Notes under the pieces: model-generated
Database searches by the model: none
What the model was told of the DNA's origin: nothing
The model's input: the letters and a program-made list of their open reading frames with translations, nothing else
Assembly (NCBI GenBank): GCA_964016885.1
Contig: OZ024740.1
Span: 240,932,001 to 240,996,000, forward strand
Length of the DNA: 64,000 nt
Direction: 5' to 3'
DNA from: Eledone cirrhosa
Lineage: Eukaryota
Shown: positions 26,760 to 41,456 of the stretch, one piece after another
Position numbering within the stretch: the stretch's first letter is position 1
Layout: every line of letters starts with the position of its first letter
Program-made: the position numbers and the translations under genes

Positions 26760-29330
26760 TATATGATGTCACTATGGGATCGAACGATTCAGCCGAAGTA
26801 ACGGACATTGTCCTAATATATATAGCACATATCTTACATAAGGAATTTGATAACATACAGGGAGGAATTTAGAGAGACGACATTACTTTTAGCTAAAAAC
26901 CTAAATAATCAAAACTTAGAAAGATTAGCTCCTTAGATGTATCACTTAACCTAAACACTGGACTATTAGAACCCTTCCATATAAATAATGAAAATCTAGC
27001 TTACATTAATTATAACTCTAATCACCCTCGCTCCATAATTAACTCCATAGCACATAGTATATCCCTTAGAATCTCGCGCTTATCTTCTAATCAAGAGATT
27101 TTTAACGCTAATTACTATAACATAGCTTTACTTAAGGCAAGGCACAAAGAGAGACTCAAATACATACCAGATACAAAAAATAACAACACACTTAACAGAA
27201 ATAACACTATCCACACGTATAGAAGCAACAAATTTAGGACTAAACATAGAAATTGGCAACAAGCACGAGAATTAATTGAACCGAATACTAATATAAGGAC
27301 CACTATAAACTATAGAAGATGCAGAGATAGAAAATACTTATGGTTCAATCCAATATTTAACTCCTCTATAAAAACAAAAACTACCTTATACTTTCTTTAA
27401 ATTAGTTGACAAACAGTTCCCTAAACTTCATAAATATCATAAAATCTTTAATAGAAAAACTATCTTACGCCACCGCCAACAACATAGAATCGCACATACA
27501 TAAAATTAACTATAAGAGAATTTCTAATACAAATAGCCCGCAAACAAGAACCATAACACCAAATATAAAACACAAACACATAACATCATCACAACCAAAC
27601 ACACGTCAGAACACATCACCACAATACATCAACAAACCCAATTCTCAGCCCATACATCACAACATACAAAACCATATCGAGGAACCAGTACATAGGAAGG
27701 CATCACAATGTAACTGTCATCTACCTGATAAATGCCCATTACAAAATTGATGTCTAGAGTCAAATATAGTGTACCTATGTACTATAAATTCAGGTAACTT
27801 AGCATGGCACTACATAGGTTCCACAGCGGGGTAGTTCAAGAAAAGGTGGTATGTCCACAGACACTCTATAAATAACAGGAAGCTTATGAATACAACAACG
27901 CTCGCCAATAAAATCTGGCAGCTCAAAGATGCAAACCAGGAATACAGAATCAGTTGGATGAAGTTATCATCGGCAATAGCCTATAGAATTGGCATGTCCT
28001 ACTGTGGTCTTTGTAATATGGAGCTATTCCAAATTTTAAAATACAACAAAATGCTACTTAACAGCAAAATTGAAAGAACTATTTTCTGTAGGTATAAAAC
28101 GGCGACCAAATTTGATAACTTTAGACCAACTTAATTTATCCGATCTATTCCATAACTCAAATTGTACCACTTAGATCTATTATAATATCCTATTATCATC
28201 ATTATTATTATAATTGTCATCATCTGTCAATGAACCAACATCATAACCTTTTATATTTTATATTTTACATATCTCTCTCTTTCACTTCAATTTCTCTCCC
28301 TAAATTTATTTCATCTCTTACATTTTAACTTATCGTATTATTTTCACTTCTAATATAACTTACAATTAATTAATCAAATAATTAATTAATTATATAATTA
28401 ATTTATTAAAATAACCAATACACACATAAATATATTTAACATTTTCATGTTTATACCTTCGTATCTCTATGTTTTAACCACCAACACCACAACTACTCTC
28501 AATAATCTTACTATGTTTACTTTTCTTCGCACATATAAACATTTTTTGAATTTAATTTTCATATTTTGTATTATTTTGTATCATCCTCAATGTAACTTAT
28601 TTATTAGCATTTATTTATTAGCATTTATTCATTTATTGTTGATATCATTAATTTTCCCTTTATTTTTATTTTTATTTACCTTTTATTTCTTCTTTATCGT
28701 TTTCTCTTCTCTTTCTATCCTCTTTTCTCTCTGTCTTTTTTCTCTATTTCTTTCTTTTTTTCCCTTTCTCCCTTTTCTTTCTTTCTTCTCTCTATCTCTC
28801 TATCTTTATTATTAATATTATTAACTTTGCCTTTCATCCTTACGGGGTCGATAAAATAAAGTACCAGTAATGCACTGGGATAACTACTGGCCTTGTGCCA
28901 AATGTAGAAACAATTATTAATATTATTAATGATACTGTAATTTGAATTCGTAAAATACTTGTTTCTACTTTAGGCACAAGGCCAGCAATTACCCAGTGCA
29001 TTACTGGTACTTTATTTTATCGACCCCGTAAGGATGAAAGGCAAAGTCAACCTCGGCGGGATTTGAACTCAGATCGTAAAGGGACGTAACTATGCTTGAA
29101 AGCATGGCGTCCGACCCTCTACCAATACTGCCAATCCACCAATGAATTCGTAAAAATACTGAACATATAACAGTTTTCTCCGATGATCTGGTTAAGCTAA
29201 CAACATATTTAAAATTAAGTGGCACTGCTTCAAGTGTTCAGTAATTTTTAGACAACTTAATCAGTGAAACAATTGTCAGACTGTAAATAAAACCCTTTTT
29301 TTGTACTGTTGACCATGTTATTCATCACTC
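26760..29330 (+). mobile_element. Penelope-like element (partial RT, GIY-YIG, 3' UTR with SINE insertion, hammerhead at 29171-29283)
   Basis: YDVTMGS, RDD, LDVSLNL, SNHP, CNCHLPDKCPL, WHYIGST, TTLANKIW, CGLCN. Confidence 0.85.
28824..29140. mobile_element. tRNA-type SINE with Deu/Nin-like core, present as an inverted pair (28824-28915 plus; 28958-29140 minus)
   Basis: ctttgcctttcatccttacggggtcgataaaataaagtaccagt on both strands; B-box-like gagttcaaatccc on the minus strand. Confidence 0.75.
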
Positions 29331-29340
29331 TTTCTATATA

Positions 29341-29410
<70 letters not shown>

Positions 29411-29413
<3 letters not shown>

Positions 29414-32400
29414 TGGTTGTCCCTCGTAAACGATGATGACATCATCTTTATTTTAGCTCCCGTCTGCCGTGGGCACGAAGGTGGCTGTGGAGGCCGATCC
29501 TTGACTTGCAGGTCTGGGGACAGTGGAGGCAGGGGAAGAGACCGGAGTCGCTTGGGGCAACTGTTGATGTTTTTCTTTTCCTTTCACGGGCCTCAATGAC
29601 CTTGCCCGTCTCTTCCCTTCAAAAGAGTCTTTGGCGCGTCTGGTAAGGGCTGGCCATTCAGTCCTGTCCTGAGCATGGGACTCGAGTTGTTTTGGGGCGA
29701 TTCCAGTGTTGTTGATACTGGACTTCACGCAGTCTTTGAACCTCTTGAGAGGCCTGCCCCGCTTTCGTTTCCCCGAACAGAGTTCCCCATACATCAGTTG
29801 CTTCGGAAGCCTGTGATCGTCAATCCGGATGACATATCCCTCTCCCATCGAAATCGGCTCTTCAGTATCATAGCTTCGACACTGGTTGTCCCAGCCATGT
29901 CAAGAACTTCGAGGTTGGAGACCTTGTCCTGCCATTTGATGTTCATGATTGACCGCAGGCTGCGCATGTGGAACAGTTCCAGCTGCTTCTGGTGCCTTCT
30001 GTACAGGATCCATGTCTCACATCCGTAGAGGAGGCTGGTGAGAACAACAGCCCTGTACACCTTGAGCTTGGTGGACTGCCTGATGTTGTGCTGGTTCAGG
30101 ACGCGTGTCCTCAGGCGGCCGAGGGCTTGACTGGCCTTGCAGATTCTGGCGTTTATCTCCTTGTCGAGGCTTCCATCGCTGCTGATGACACTGCCGAGCT
30201 ACTTGAAGTCGTCCACCGTCTTTAGCTGGGTGCTTCCGATGGAGATGGAAGGAGGGTGGGCGACGGAGGCAAGTGAAGGCTGGAACAGGACCTCAGTCTT
30301 GCCAAGGCTAATTGTGAGACCGAAGAGACAGGAGGCCTCCGCGAACTTGTAACGATGACTTGGAGGTCAGACTCCCTGTGGGCCATGAGGGCAAAGTCGT
30401 CAGCAAAAAGTGCCTCCAGGACGATCCTCTGCACGGTCCCTGTCTTGACTGTCAGGCGCCGCAGGTCAAACAGAGAGCCGTCCAGTCTGTATCGCAGATA
30501 CACTCCGTGCTCGAGGTCCCTGACGGCATGATTGAGCACACAGGTGAAGAACAGGTTGAAGAGAACAGGAGCCAGCATGCATCCTTGACGCCGTTGGTGA
30601 TTCCGAACGGCTCCGATGCCTCTCCGCCCGAGCGCACCTGCCCGGTCATGTCGCCATAGAATTGCCGTATCAGGTTCACAAAATTTGTCGGGCATTCAAA
30701 CTTCGACAGGATCGACCAGAGAGCCTCCCTGTTGACAGTGTCGAAGGCCTTCGTCAAGTCTATGAAGACGGCAAAGAGGTCCATGTTCTGCTCGACACAC
30801 TTCTCCTGCACCTGGCGTACAGAGCAGATCATGTCGATCGTGCTGCGGTTTGGGCGGAACCCACACTGGGCCTCAGGAAGGTTGTCCTCCGGGATGTTGG
30901 CGATGAGGCGGTTGAGCATGACCCGAGCCAGGACCTTCCCAGCAATGGACAGGAAAGAAATGCCCCGATAGTTGCCACAGTCAGTTTTGCTGCCTTTGTT
31001 CTTAAAAAGCGAGACAACTGTGGCATCCCTGAAGTCTTTCGGCACCTCTTCTTCCTCCCTTATGCTGACGAGGAGGGTGTGGAAGGCACCCAGGGCAGCT
31101 GGACCGGCCGACTTGAAGATCTCGGCAGGAATTCCGTCCTTCTCAGGGGCCTTTCCTGAGCTGGTCTGGTTGATTGCCTACGTGACTTCATCCAACGTGG
31201 GGGGAGGGGGGGGGGGGGAAGGTCGAGGCTGCCGACTCACGGGCTTCTGTGGGACTTGGTCGAGGACGGTAGGGTTGACAGTGGAGGGCCTTTTTAGGTT
31301 GCTGAACCTCGAGTTGATGCTGCTCTTCTCCTTCAGCAGGATCGAGCCGTCAGCAGACAGCAGCGGTGTGGTGACAAGCTTGGGGGTTCCGTAGATGTCC
31401 CCGATGGCGCTGAAGAACATCTTGGAGTTCTTTGTGTCAGCGTATCTCTACTTCTTCGGCCTTTTTTCCCTACCACTTGTCCTGCATTCTGCGTAGCGCT
31501 GCTTGGGTCTGCCTCTGGAGGTGCTTGAAGCGGTCGCGCTTCGAGGTGGAGGAGCTGTCATTCTGCCACTCAATGAAAGCCCTCCTCTTCTCGTCCAGGA
31601 ATTGTCTGATGCGCTCATCGTTTTCATCAAACCGTCCTGGTGGACTCTCTTCCCCGTCCCGATAGTTGCCTTGGCTGACTCTGTCACCAGCGACCTGAAC
31701 TGGTCTCACTGTTGAGTTGGTGGTACGGTCAGTGGTCCATGGCCAGTCAGCCGGCCGTCCAGGTCTTCCGCGAATGCCCCACGATGCTCTGGCTGCTTGA
31801 GTCGTGCGACGTCGAAAGCTGGCCTACAGACTTTCGGAGTCTTGCGATGCGTCGGGGTGATGTGCAGTGATAGGATGGTCCTGACAAGGCGATGGTCGGT
31901 CCAGCACTCTGCACCACGCATGGCCCTGGTGATTCTGACGTCACGGATGTCCCTCCTGCGGCATATGGCAACGTCAATCAGATGCCACTGTTTGGATCTG
32001 GGGTGCATCGATGTCGTCATGAACTTGTCTTCCTGGCGGAACTGTGTGCTGGTGATGGTGAGGTCGTTCTCGGCGCAGAAACTCAACAGTATGAGGCCGT
32101 TAGAGTTCAGCTTCCCTGTGCCGTGAGGTCCCAGCACGCCTCTCCAGTTGCTGCTGTCAGACCCGACTCTTGCGTTGAAGTCCCCCAGTAGGATGAGTTT
32201 ATCGCTTGGGGGGACGCCCTTCACGAGTGCGTTGAGTTCCCCGTAGAAAGCGTCATTTGCTTCATCGCTGCTGGTGAGAGTGGGGGCGTATCCGAGATGG
32301 GTCAGGGGGAAGCGGTGCTTCATCAGCCGCTCACTCACAGGTGTTGGGAGGTCTGGTAGCTGTTGCAGAGCGAAGTCCTGATGGCCAGGCCTACCCCGTG

Positions 32401-33450
32401 GATTCTGTCCTCGTCCTTTGCATTGCCCTTCCAGAAGAAGGTGTAGCCTCCTTTCGGTTCTGCTACTGATCCTTCTTCGGCAAGTCTAGTCTCGCTGAGG
32501 GCGGCTATGTCGATCCGGTAGCGAGCTAATTCCCTTGCTATGAGGGCAGTTCTTCTCTTTGGCCTCAATGAGGTTTCACTATCCATGAGGGTGCGCACAT
32601 TCCATGCGCCAAGAATCAAGTTCTTCTTTCTATTATGTTGGTTTTCACCGCTTGCAAGGGTAAAACCGCCAGCCGCGGTAGACTGGCCGGCTTTGTGTGG
32701 GACGAGCATTTGGTTAGGGCTTCTTTTATCGCCCCTCTCCTCGTGCGAGGGTGAGTAGTGCTCCCCTGAAAAGGGCTGCTCAGTCGCCCGGTGGAACGCC
32801 TGATCTCTTCTGTCATCCCAGGGTCAGGAGGAGAACGACTTGCGCATCCAAGCCGCCCACGTGTGGGTTTGGGACTGGCAACTCCAAGAGGTTACCTCCA
32901 CCTGTTACCTCTGCCTCTCGCCCATCGCCGCAGGGCTTTGGGAGTGCACGCTAAAGAAGAAACCTGTGCGGGAAAAGTTTATAGTGGGAGGGCCAGTGCA
33001 CAGTGACGGTCCCACTCACTCGGCCGCAGAAGCCAGAATCCGGTGGTACGGAGGACCGTCACGATCAGGGACTTCCTTGGCTGCAGTGGATGGCCACGGC
33101 GTCTGTAGTTCCTTGCCGTGCCCTAGCGCTCCACACCGATTGCTGTCGTCGCCTTCGTGACCATTGGGACGATGTTGTCCTCTTCCACTCACTCCGCCGG
33201 GTCCAGTCTTCGCATGCAGGGGCAGGCTCCCCTATCTAACTCACCGGGGGGGGGGGTTCAGATCCGTCCAACTACCCTCAGCCTGGTTCGGCCCGCCAAC
33301 CAAGGCAGTTTACCAGGATGTGGCCGCTGTCGCATGCTACAGCTTCTTGGGGCCACAGGTGAGTGTCAGGTGGGACCCAATGCAGGACGAGCTGTCCTGA
33401 AAGGGTATGGCTAGCCCCCTACAGAGGTACATGCCCTTCCCTGACACCCC
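29411..33450 (-). mobile_element. Near full-length RTE/BovB-like LINE (5' UTR, APE, RT, C-terminal C2H2 finger), multiple frameshifts
   Basis: GAWNVRTL, ALSETR, GDFNARVG, WTDHRL, NYRGIS, QCGFRPNRST, FIDLTKAFD, LFADD, LLYGCETW; CLHCPQTCKSRIGLHSHLRAH near 29470-29535; ends in (TA)n. Confidence 0.95.
33282..33450 (-). ncRNA. HDV-like ribozyme at the LINE 5' terminus
   Basis: rc: P1 ggggtgt/acatcct (G1-U wobble), P2 cctg/cagg, P3 ggc/gcc, L3 starting ccc, gg after P1, P4 tgcc/ggcg, J4/2 cgaa. Confidence 0.65.
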
Positions 33451-33736
33451 AGGCATATACACATGTATATACATACACATACATACGTACATGTGTATAT
33501 ACATATTTACACACTTTTGGATGGCCGTTGACTCTTATCAGTTCTTCCGCCCTTTGTCAGGTTTTTCTTTTGTCCTGCAGGGTGTCCAAAATCACTCTCC
33601 TCACCAAGTAAAATTGGTGGCGTTGCCAGTTTAGTCGCCGACAACCTGACCATGCGACATGTTGTACTGGTTTACATGTGACCAGTAGCTCTCAAGAGTG
33701 ACCTGACACATATATATATATATACATACATATATG

Positions 33737-33773
<37 letters not shown>

Positions 33774-33779
33774 GTATGC

Positions 33780-34507
33780 TTGCCCATCACACTCCAAGCT
33801 TCCCAGTCATTACCAACACGTGCATTAAAATCACCAAGGATGACAATCTTGTCTGTATAAGGTATACCATGGATGACCTCTCTCAAAGACATGTAGAAAC
33901 TTAGTTTTTCATCATCACTGGCACACATAATAGGAGCGTACACACTGACCAGAATCACAAAGCGGTTTCTAATCAGAGGGACTCTCATGGACATTATCCG
34001 ATCATTGAATCCACAAGGAAGATTTTCCAGCTTTGAGACGATTCCATTCCTGGCAGCAAATGCGACCCATGCCTCTCTCCTACAACCATTTGCTCCACCA
34101 CTCCAATAGAAGGTATATCCTCCCTTCTGTTCTGTGAATTGACCCTCACCTGCTAATCTCAAACACTACCTCGAAAACACTACCCGAAAAGGAGAACTGG
34201 TCAACATCATCGTATGCTTCCGAAGCCACATGTTTTGTTTCAGAGTTTCTCTCTCCTAGAGAGGTGCTGTGACAACAACTGGGGACCCTTCCCTCCCAGG
34301 TAAAAAAAATAAAAAATTACTATTTGGATGGCCGTTGACTCTGCTGAGTTCCTCTGCCCTTTGCAGGGTCTTGTATTTCATTCCGCAGGTGTCCAAGTAT
34401 CACCCTCCCCACCAAGCAAGCTTGGTGGGGTTGCCGGTTTAATCGCCGACAACCCGACCATGAGACAGGTAGTACATGTTACCAGTAGCACTCGAGAGCA
34501 ACCTGAA
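33780..34507 (-). mobile_element. 5' end of another RTE family (structured 5' UTR + APE fragment)
   Basis: ORF 33692-34162 (GGYTFYWSG, SVYAP, LGDFNARVG); upstream block 34325-34507 homologous to 33517-33708, 34545-34640, 36465-36640 and 47306-47500. Confidence 0.8.
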
Positions 34508-35067
34508 AAACACACACACACACATAATACATGCATATATAACATGTACTACATGTCTCATGGTCGGGTTGTCGGCGATTAAACCAGCAACCCCACCAAG
34601 CTTGCTTGGTGGGGAGGGTGATATTTGGATACCTGCGGATATATATATATATATATTAGAAAGTGAGGTTTTTTTACAAAATGAAAAAAAAACGATGTGT
34701 CCTACACGAGTGAAAGTATAAGGAAAAAAGATGAAATCGAAAATACAGCTGGAGTCTTTTTTTTTAATAAAAATATATATTTATTTGGTTTCTTTACCGG
34801 TTTCGTAGTTCTTCTGCTTTTCAAAAGTAGAATTGAGATGGAGGGCTTGTGGTTTTTCTGAGAACAACCACAAACCTTCCAAATCCGTTGTTTTATTTAG
34901 CTGCTATTTTTAGTGGCGTGATAGACAACACGTCTATGTTTACTTCCGCTTCTATTAAGGGCTGGTTCATGTGCAGGTAAAGTTTACGGCCTCATTCGAT
35001 CCTGTACTAGCCGGCAGTTGGCAATATATTTTGCCGTTCCTGGGACTTTTGTCCTAGGTAGGGAAAA

Positions 35068-35149
35068 TGCTTTCTGAAGATCCGAACACTTCCATTGGAA
35101 GTCCCTAGGATTTCCAATCTTTTGTGAGGTGAAACCGTCGGTAAAAGCA
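35068..35149 (+). ncRNA. Type I hammerhead ribozyme with long helix II insert
   Basis: tgcttt-ctgaaga-...-gaaa-ccgtcgg-ta-aaagca. Confidence 0.65.
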
Positions 35150-35224
35150 AAAGGAATAGGTGCATATTTAAATTATATTTTTTAATTTATTTAAAAAAAA
35201 TTGTCTGAATCTTGCTTGCTCCGC

Positions 35225-35286
<62 letters not shown>

Positions 35287-35583
35287 AGAAAGTACGTCCA
35301 TGGAATATATACAGTATTTCCTCTCCCAATCAGCATAATCAACCACACAAAAAAAATCAATTAAATAAGGCTATAAGATTAAAAGGCACCTATGAAGAAA
35401 CAATAGATAAATAAACGATAGCTATTTATCCGCGATCAACAGCCACAGAATATTTACCTAGTATTTCTAATAGCACGTGGAAATCGATTAAATATATCGC
35501 CAACCATACACAATTAGGTACAAAATCAAAGTTAGAAGAAAAAATGTATATAAGCATAACAATATACATACATATATATATAT

Positions 35584-35654
<71 letters not shown>

Positions 35655-35679
35655 AATACATATATATATATATATACAA

Positions 35680-35746
<67 letters not shown>

Positions 35747-35749
35747 CAA

Positions 35750-35795
<46 letters not shown>

Positions 35796-35798
35796 TTG

Positions 35799-35831
<33 letters not shown>

Positions 35832-35861
35832 ATATATATATACAAATACATATATATATAT

Positions 35862-35994
<133 letters not shown>

Positions 35995-35995
35995 C

Positions 35996-36026
<31 letters not shown>

Positions 36027-36045
36027 CATACATATATATATATAC

Positions 36046-36642
36046 ATGGTGGCTGCCAACTCGTTTTCGAGTACGGCCACTACTTTATATCCATGTAGGA
36101 GAACCCCTACAGATGCGCTGAACGAGTGTGACTTTTTAGTCCAGCCAGCGACTTGAAAACTCTGGTACAAACACTACACTTGTGACAATTATTGATACAT
36201 AGTGCTGGGCCCATGGTACCATGTGACAACAAGTGCAGAGAGCTCTCCAGATATAAAGCAATGCCTGTGCCGTGAAGCTTTTATAGTGAGCAAAGGCACT
36301 GCACAAAGCCAGTCCCACTCTCTTAACCAAGATGATATTTACCAAAAAGAAGAACAAGTCAACGTCATTGGATACCATCAGGGTTGCAGGTGTTATATCA
36401 GAGTTTTCCTTCTCCTAGAATTCTGCCTTGACAAAGGCTAAGGGGTCATCTCTCCCGGTGATTTTGGATGGCCATTGACTCTTAAGAGCTCCTTTGCCCT
36501 TTGACAGGTTTTGTTTTTAGTCCTGCAGGATGTCCAAAGTCACCCTCCTCACCAAGAAACCTTGGTGGGGTTGCCAGTTTAGTCGCCAACGACCCGACCA
36601 TGAGACAGGTTGTACTGGGATACATGTTACCAGTAGCACCAA
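36046..36642 (-). repeat. ~600-bp RTE-5'UTR-related repeat; near-identical inverted copy at 47306-47913
   Basis: ORF-track peptides 36202-36441(+) and 47520-47759(-) are almost identical; both copies are embedded in (TA)n. Confidence 0.9.
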
Positions 36643-36668
36643 TATACACATATATATACATACACATA

Positions 36669-36790
<122 letters not shown>

Positions 36791-36808
36791 CATATATATA
36801 TACATACA

Positions 36809-36902
<94 letters not shown>

Positions 36903-37132
36903 CATACACATATATATATATACATACACATACATATATATATATATATATATACATACACATACATATATATATACATACATATATATATATATACATA
37001 CATATATATATATACATACATACATATATATACATAAATATATATATATACATACATATATATATATGCATATATATATATATACATGCATACATATATA
37101 TATACATACATATATATATACATACATACATA

Positions 37133-37173
<41 letters not shown>

Positions 37174-37426
37174 ATATACATATATATAAATATACATACA
37201 TACATATATATATATATACATACATATATATATATATATACATACATACATACATATATATATATATACATACATACATATATATATACATACATACATA
37301 TATATATATATACATACATATATACATACATATATATATATACATACATATATACATACATATATATATATACATACATATATACATACATATATACATA
37401 CATACATACATACATACATACATACA

Positions 37427-37524
<98 letters not shown>

Positions 37525-37595
37525 CATATATATATATATATATTATAATGAAATGACAGGAGGCTGGACTTGTGTAAATCCTTGAAAGGTTTATT

Positions 37596-37655
37596 ATGCT
37601 ATGATCATTTCAATGACCGGGTTCCGTATGAATCCGGTGATATCATCAGGTATTC
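37596..37655 (-). ncRNA. Type I hammerhead (helix I eroded)
   Basis: rc: gaatac-ctgatga-tatcaccggattc/atac/ggaacccggtcatt-gaaa-tgatca-ta-gcataataaa. Confidence 0.6.
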
Positions 37656-37828
37656 GAAATATAATAAGTGAATGTAATAGATAAAATCCATGGGGCTGAA
37701 AATCAAAGACCCGAGGACGACCGCCATCCAGCATCTTCCACCTCTGCTGGTCGCCCTCAAGTGACGTGGCTAAAGCTTACAGTGTGCTACTACCGGTCAA
37801 ATAAAGGAAAACAGAAAGGGATAGGAAC

Positions 37829-37904
37829 ATAAGTTAGCGTTAATATCATGCCACAAGAAAAAAGAAAGAAAGAAACAAAGAAGAGGGAAGAAGGGGGAAG
37901 GAAA

Positions 37905-37968
<64 letters not shown>

Positions 37969-38342
37969 AGAGAAGTCAGGGTTAATGTCAGCTATAAGAA
38001 GAAAGACAGAAAGAAAGAGGAGGAAAGTTCGGTATTACAGTCAGGCCAGGAATGTCGCGAAAAAAATTTATACTAAGGGACCCGTATCTTAACAACTACT
38101 AGCGGTCAAATATAGGCAAGCAAAAAGAGGGAGGAAGATAAGTCAGCGTTAATATCATGCCACAAGGAGAAAGACAGAAAGAAGGGGGAAGAGAAGGAAG
38201 AAAAGGAAGAAGAAAAGTCAGGGTTGATGGCTACAAGAAGAAAGATAGAAAGAAAGAGGAAGAAAGGTCGATATTAATGTCAGACTACAGTCAGGCCAGG
38301 AATGGCGCGAAAAAATATTTTCAAAGGGACCCGTATCTTAGC
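37829..38342. repeat. Imperfect tandem duplication (~250-310 bp) with (GAAA)n
   Basis: agcgttaatatcatgccacaag near 37836 and 38145; gggacccgtatctta near 38077 and 38326. Confidence 0.75.
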
Positions 38343-38596
38343 AGAGGTAAATATAGTGGGGGTCTGTATGTTATAATGTGTGAGCAGAAGATTGGAACGT
38401 TACATTTTTGTTTAGATTTATAGGATGAAGTTAAAAAATTAATATTTAATATTAACATTATAAAATTAAAGAAATTAGAAAATTGAAAGTTAAACAGTTT
38501 AACATTTTTAAGGTTGCGAGGTTTAAGCAAAGAAAGAATCTTTTATGAAGAAACTTAAATTTTATTATAGAGTAAAGATTATGTCTTTGTTTAGCC

Positions 38597-38638
<42 letters not shown>

Positions 38639-38832
38639 GACGTAAAATAAGAAAATTATAAAAATTAACTTACTTACTAAAATTTCACTCCAACTAATTA
38701 GTTTCTGAAAAGGAATAAACATGGTTTCCGAATGGAACGCATGGAGAAAAACCTTTCGTCATCAGGAAGTCTGTTCTCAGCTAAGTTCCCAGGCGATGAG
38801 TTGACACAGGGAACTGTGTATATAGATACACA

Positions 38833-38932
<100 letters not shown>

Positions 38933-39077
38933 GTAATAATAATAAATGTGAAGACTAAAATCCAAAGAGGGCTCGATTAGGAGATAAATATATATATCAA
39001 ATATATGTTCCAGATTATTACTGGAATTCTATAAGAACCCAGCTTCTATAATCTTCGGCGAAAGCGGGGAGTACGTT

Positions 39078-39120
39078 GCTCTGATGATCGCCAACAACGT
39101 GAAACAGACAGTTTGTTAGC
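39078..39120 (+). ncRNA. Type I hammerhead ribozyme
   Basis: gct-ctgatga-tcgccaacaacgt-gaaa-cagacagtttg-tt-agc, with outer pairing ggggag/ctctccc. Confidence 0.6.
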
Positions 39121-39254
39121 TTCTCTCCCTACTTTCGCTGAAAAAAAGAAGTAAGTGACATAGTCACTACTTTAAAACTGATAGCGTAAGGTCTTCAAAT
39201 TGTTTTTAATTAAAAAAAAAGAAAAAAAATATATATATAGTTTTAATATAGATG

Positions 39255-39305
39255 AGATTCTACAGGACTAGAACTGTTTCATTCTTTAGAAATCATCAGG
39301 AATCT
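39255..39305 (-). ncRNA. Type I hammerhead ribozyme
   Basis: rc: agattc-ctgatga-tttctaaagaat-gaaa-cag(ttctagtc)ctg-ta-gaatct. Confidence 0.75.
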
Positions 39306-39725
39306 GGCTGTCCAAAATAAATGTTGTGGTATTTATATCTTTTCAGGTTGTAGGAGAGGGTGGGGAGTGGGATGGGTGGAGGTCATTGGTTGAAAGAAAA
39401 GGGAATTCATTAAAAGCTAATTCTTTAAGGCTATAATTTATATTTAGAGTGACAAAGGCAGAAAGAATTCTATAAACAAGTTCAAATTGGGGTGCCACTC
39501 CTTATTTTTAAGTTTCTCTTAAGCTAACAATGCCTATATTTCAGGTGTCTGTAAGAAGGTTGGGGGTCGGTCATGGTTGATGGATTTAAAGAAAAGGGAA
39601 ATTCTTTAAAAGCTAATTCTTTGAAGCTCTACTTAGAGTGACACAAGCCAAGTGAATTCTATAAACCAGTTCAAATATTGGGTGCCTATCATTATTGTCA
39701 TGTTTCTCTTAAGCTATATTTCAGG

Positions 39726-41456
39726 TGAGATTTCAAGGGGTGTAGGAGTAATAAAATAATGTACTTAGAATTAGGTTCGTCTGTTAGAGATCGTGAGTGC
39801 TAATGAGAGATATAAATCCTTGGTCCGAAGTAGTCGGTAACAGCGAAGGTATGATTGATTTATGGGCTGATAAGATAGTTGCAGACATCTTCCAGATGCA
39901 CAGAGTAATACCCCGAACTGCAACTGTCACCTACCGGATAAGTGCCCACTAGCGAATGGGTGCCTTGATTCGAGCCTAGTGTACATGTGTACTATAAAAT
40001 CGGGCAACTCCACTTGGCACTACATTGGATCCACCGCGGGTGCTTTTAATAAAAGATGGTATGTACACAGACATTCAATGAAGAACCGTGCACTGATAAA
40101 TTCTACAACCCTCGCCAATAAAATCTGGCAACTTAAGGACAAAAACCATGACTATAATATTAGCTGGTCGAAATTGGCGACCGCAAAGACATATAGCAGC
40201 GGTATGTCCCATTGCGGGCTCTGCAACCTTGAATTGCTGCATATCTCAAGGAACGATAACATGCTACTCAACAGCAAAATAGAAAGGTCAATTTTCTGCA
40301 GACATAGAATTGCTACAAAATTCGCGAGATTTAAACCACCGTGATTCGAACCAATACCACTTAGCTTTTAACATATGAAATCCACCTTTTCACACAGCCC
40401 AATACGGAACTATAATCTTCTAGAAATACCTTATAGCCTCCCTAATTCTATCCCACTGGAAGATGTCTACAACTATCTTATCAGCCCATAAATCAATCCT
40501 ACCTTCGCTGTTACCCACTACTTCGGACCAAGGATTTATATCTCTCATTAGCACTCACGATCTCTAACAGATGAATCTAATTCTAAGTACATTATTTTAT
40601 TACTCTTACACCCCTTGAAATCTCACTTTCCTCTTATTATTCTTATTATTCTTATTATTATTATGACCATCTCAATATAGCCCTAATATTATTCATCATG
40701 TTCTATATACCTACCATGCACATTTTACTACTTTACTACCTTCTATTATTGTTGTTATCACTGTTATATTTATACACGATTTGTTATTGATGTTGTGAAA
40801 ACTATACCCCACGATTCGAACTAACAATCCCTACCTTTAGTATAGGCCACTTAAATAACGAATCTACAACTCTATTTAACACCACATAAAAACTATCATC
40901 ATCACTAAATTAATCAAACGAAAATATTTATCTGTCAAATAATAAAATAATAAAAAGTAAATCTCCGGTGTATTGCTCGAATACCTACAGCACAGTGGAT
41001 ACCTCATAAATTCTGTCCCCAAGTACATCTTAGTGGTTACTGTTATCTAGTCGGTACCCTATCACTATATCTAATGGACCCTATAGCAGTTTTCACACGT
41101 CAATTCCATACATCTGTATCATATCAGTCTGTTTAACATGCTAGATTCTCCATTATACTCTATCTCTTACATTAATGTTATTATTTTAATTGTATGCTAT
41201 CTAGTTAATTTATTTTATTATTGATATTATTGGTCTGGTTTAATACCACACTTTTATAAAAACCATGCCTTATGTATTTTCTTCATTTCACTCGCTCTAA
41301 TGAAACAGAGTGGTTATAAACAAAGTATTGGAGATCGATTGGTGCAAAATCAAACGTATAGCGAACTCTAGACCTGCTAGATCAAAGAAACAATTGTCAG
41401 CAATGTGAATAAAGCCCTTATTGTATAGCGAACCATGTCAATCTTCTTTCTTGAAT

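Noticed and set aside
27740-27760. In-frame TGA in the Cys-rich PLE linker, a possible selenocysteine as in Naiad PLEs
   Set aside because: It aligns with Gly in the sister copy (CPLANGCL near 39943-39966), not Cys, and the copy has other stop codons.
29675-33414. Many plus-strand ORFs over the GC-rich LINE, and similar antisense ORFs over the Helitrons
   Set aside because: Shadow ORFs antisense to transposon coding sequence with no recognisable motifs.
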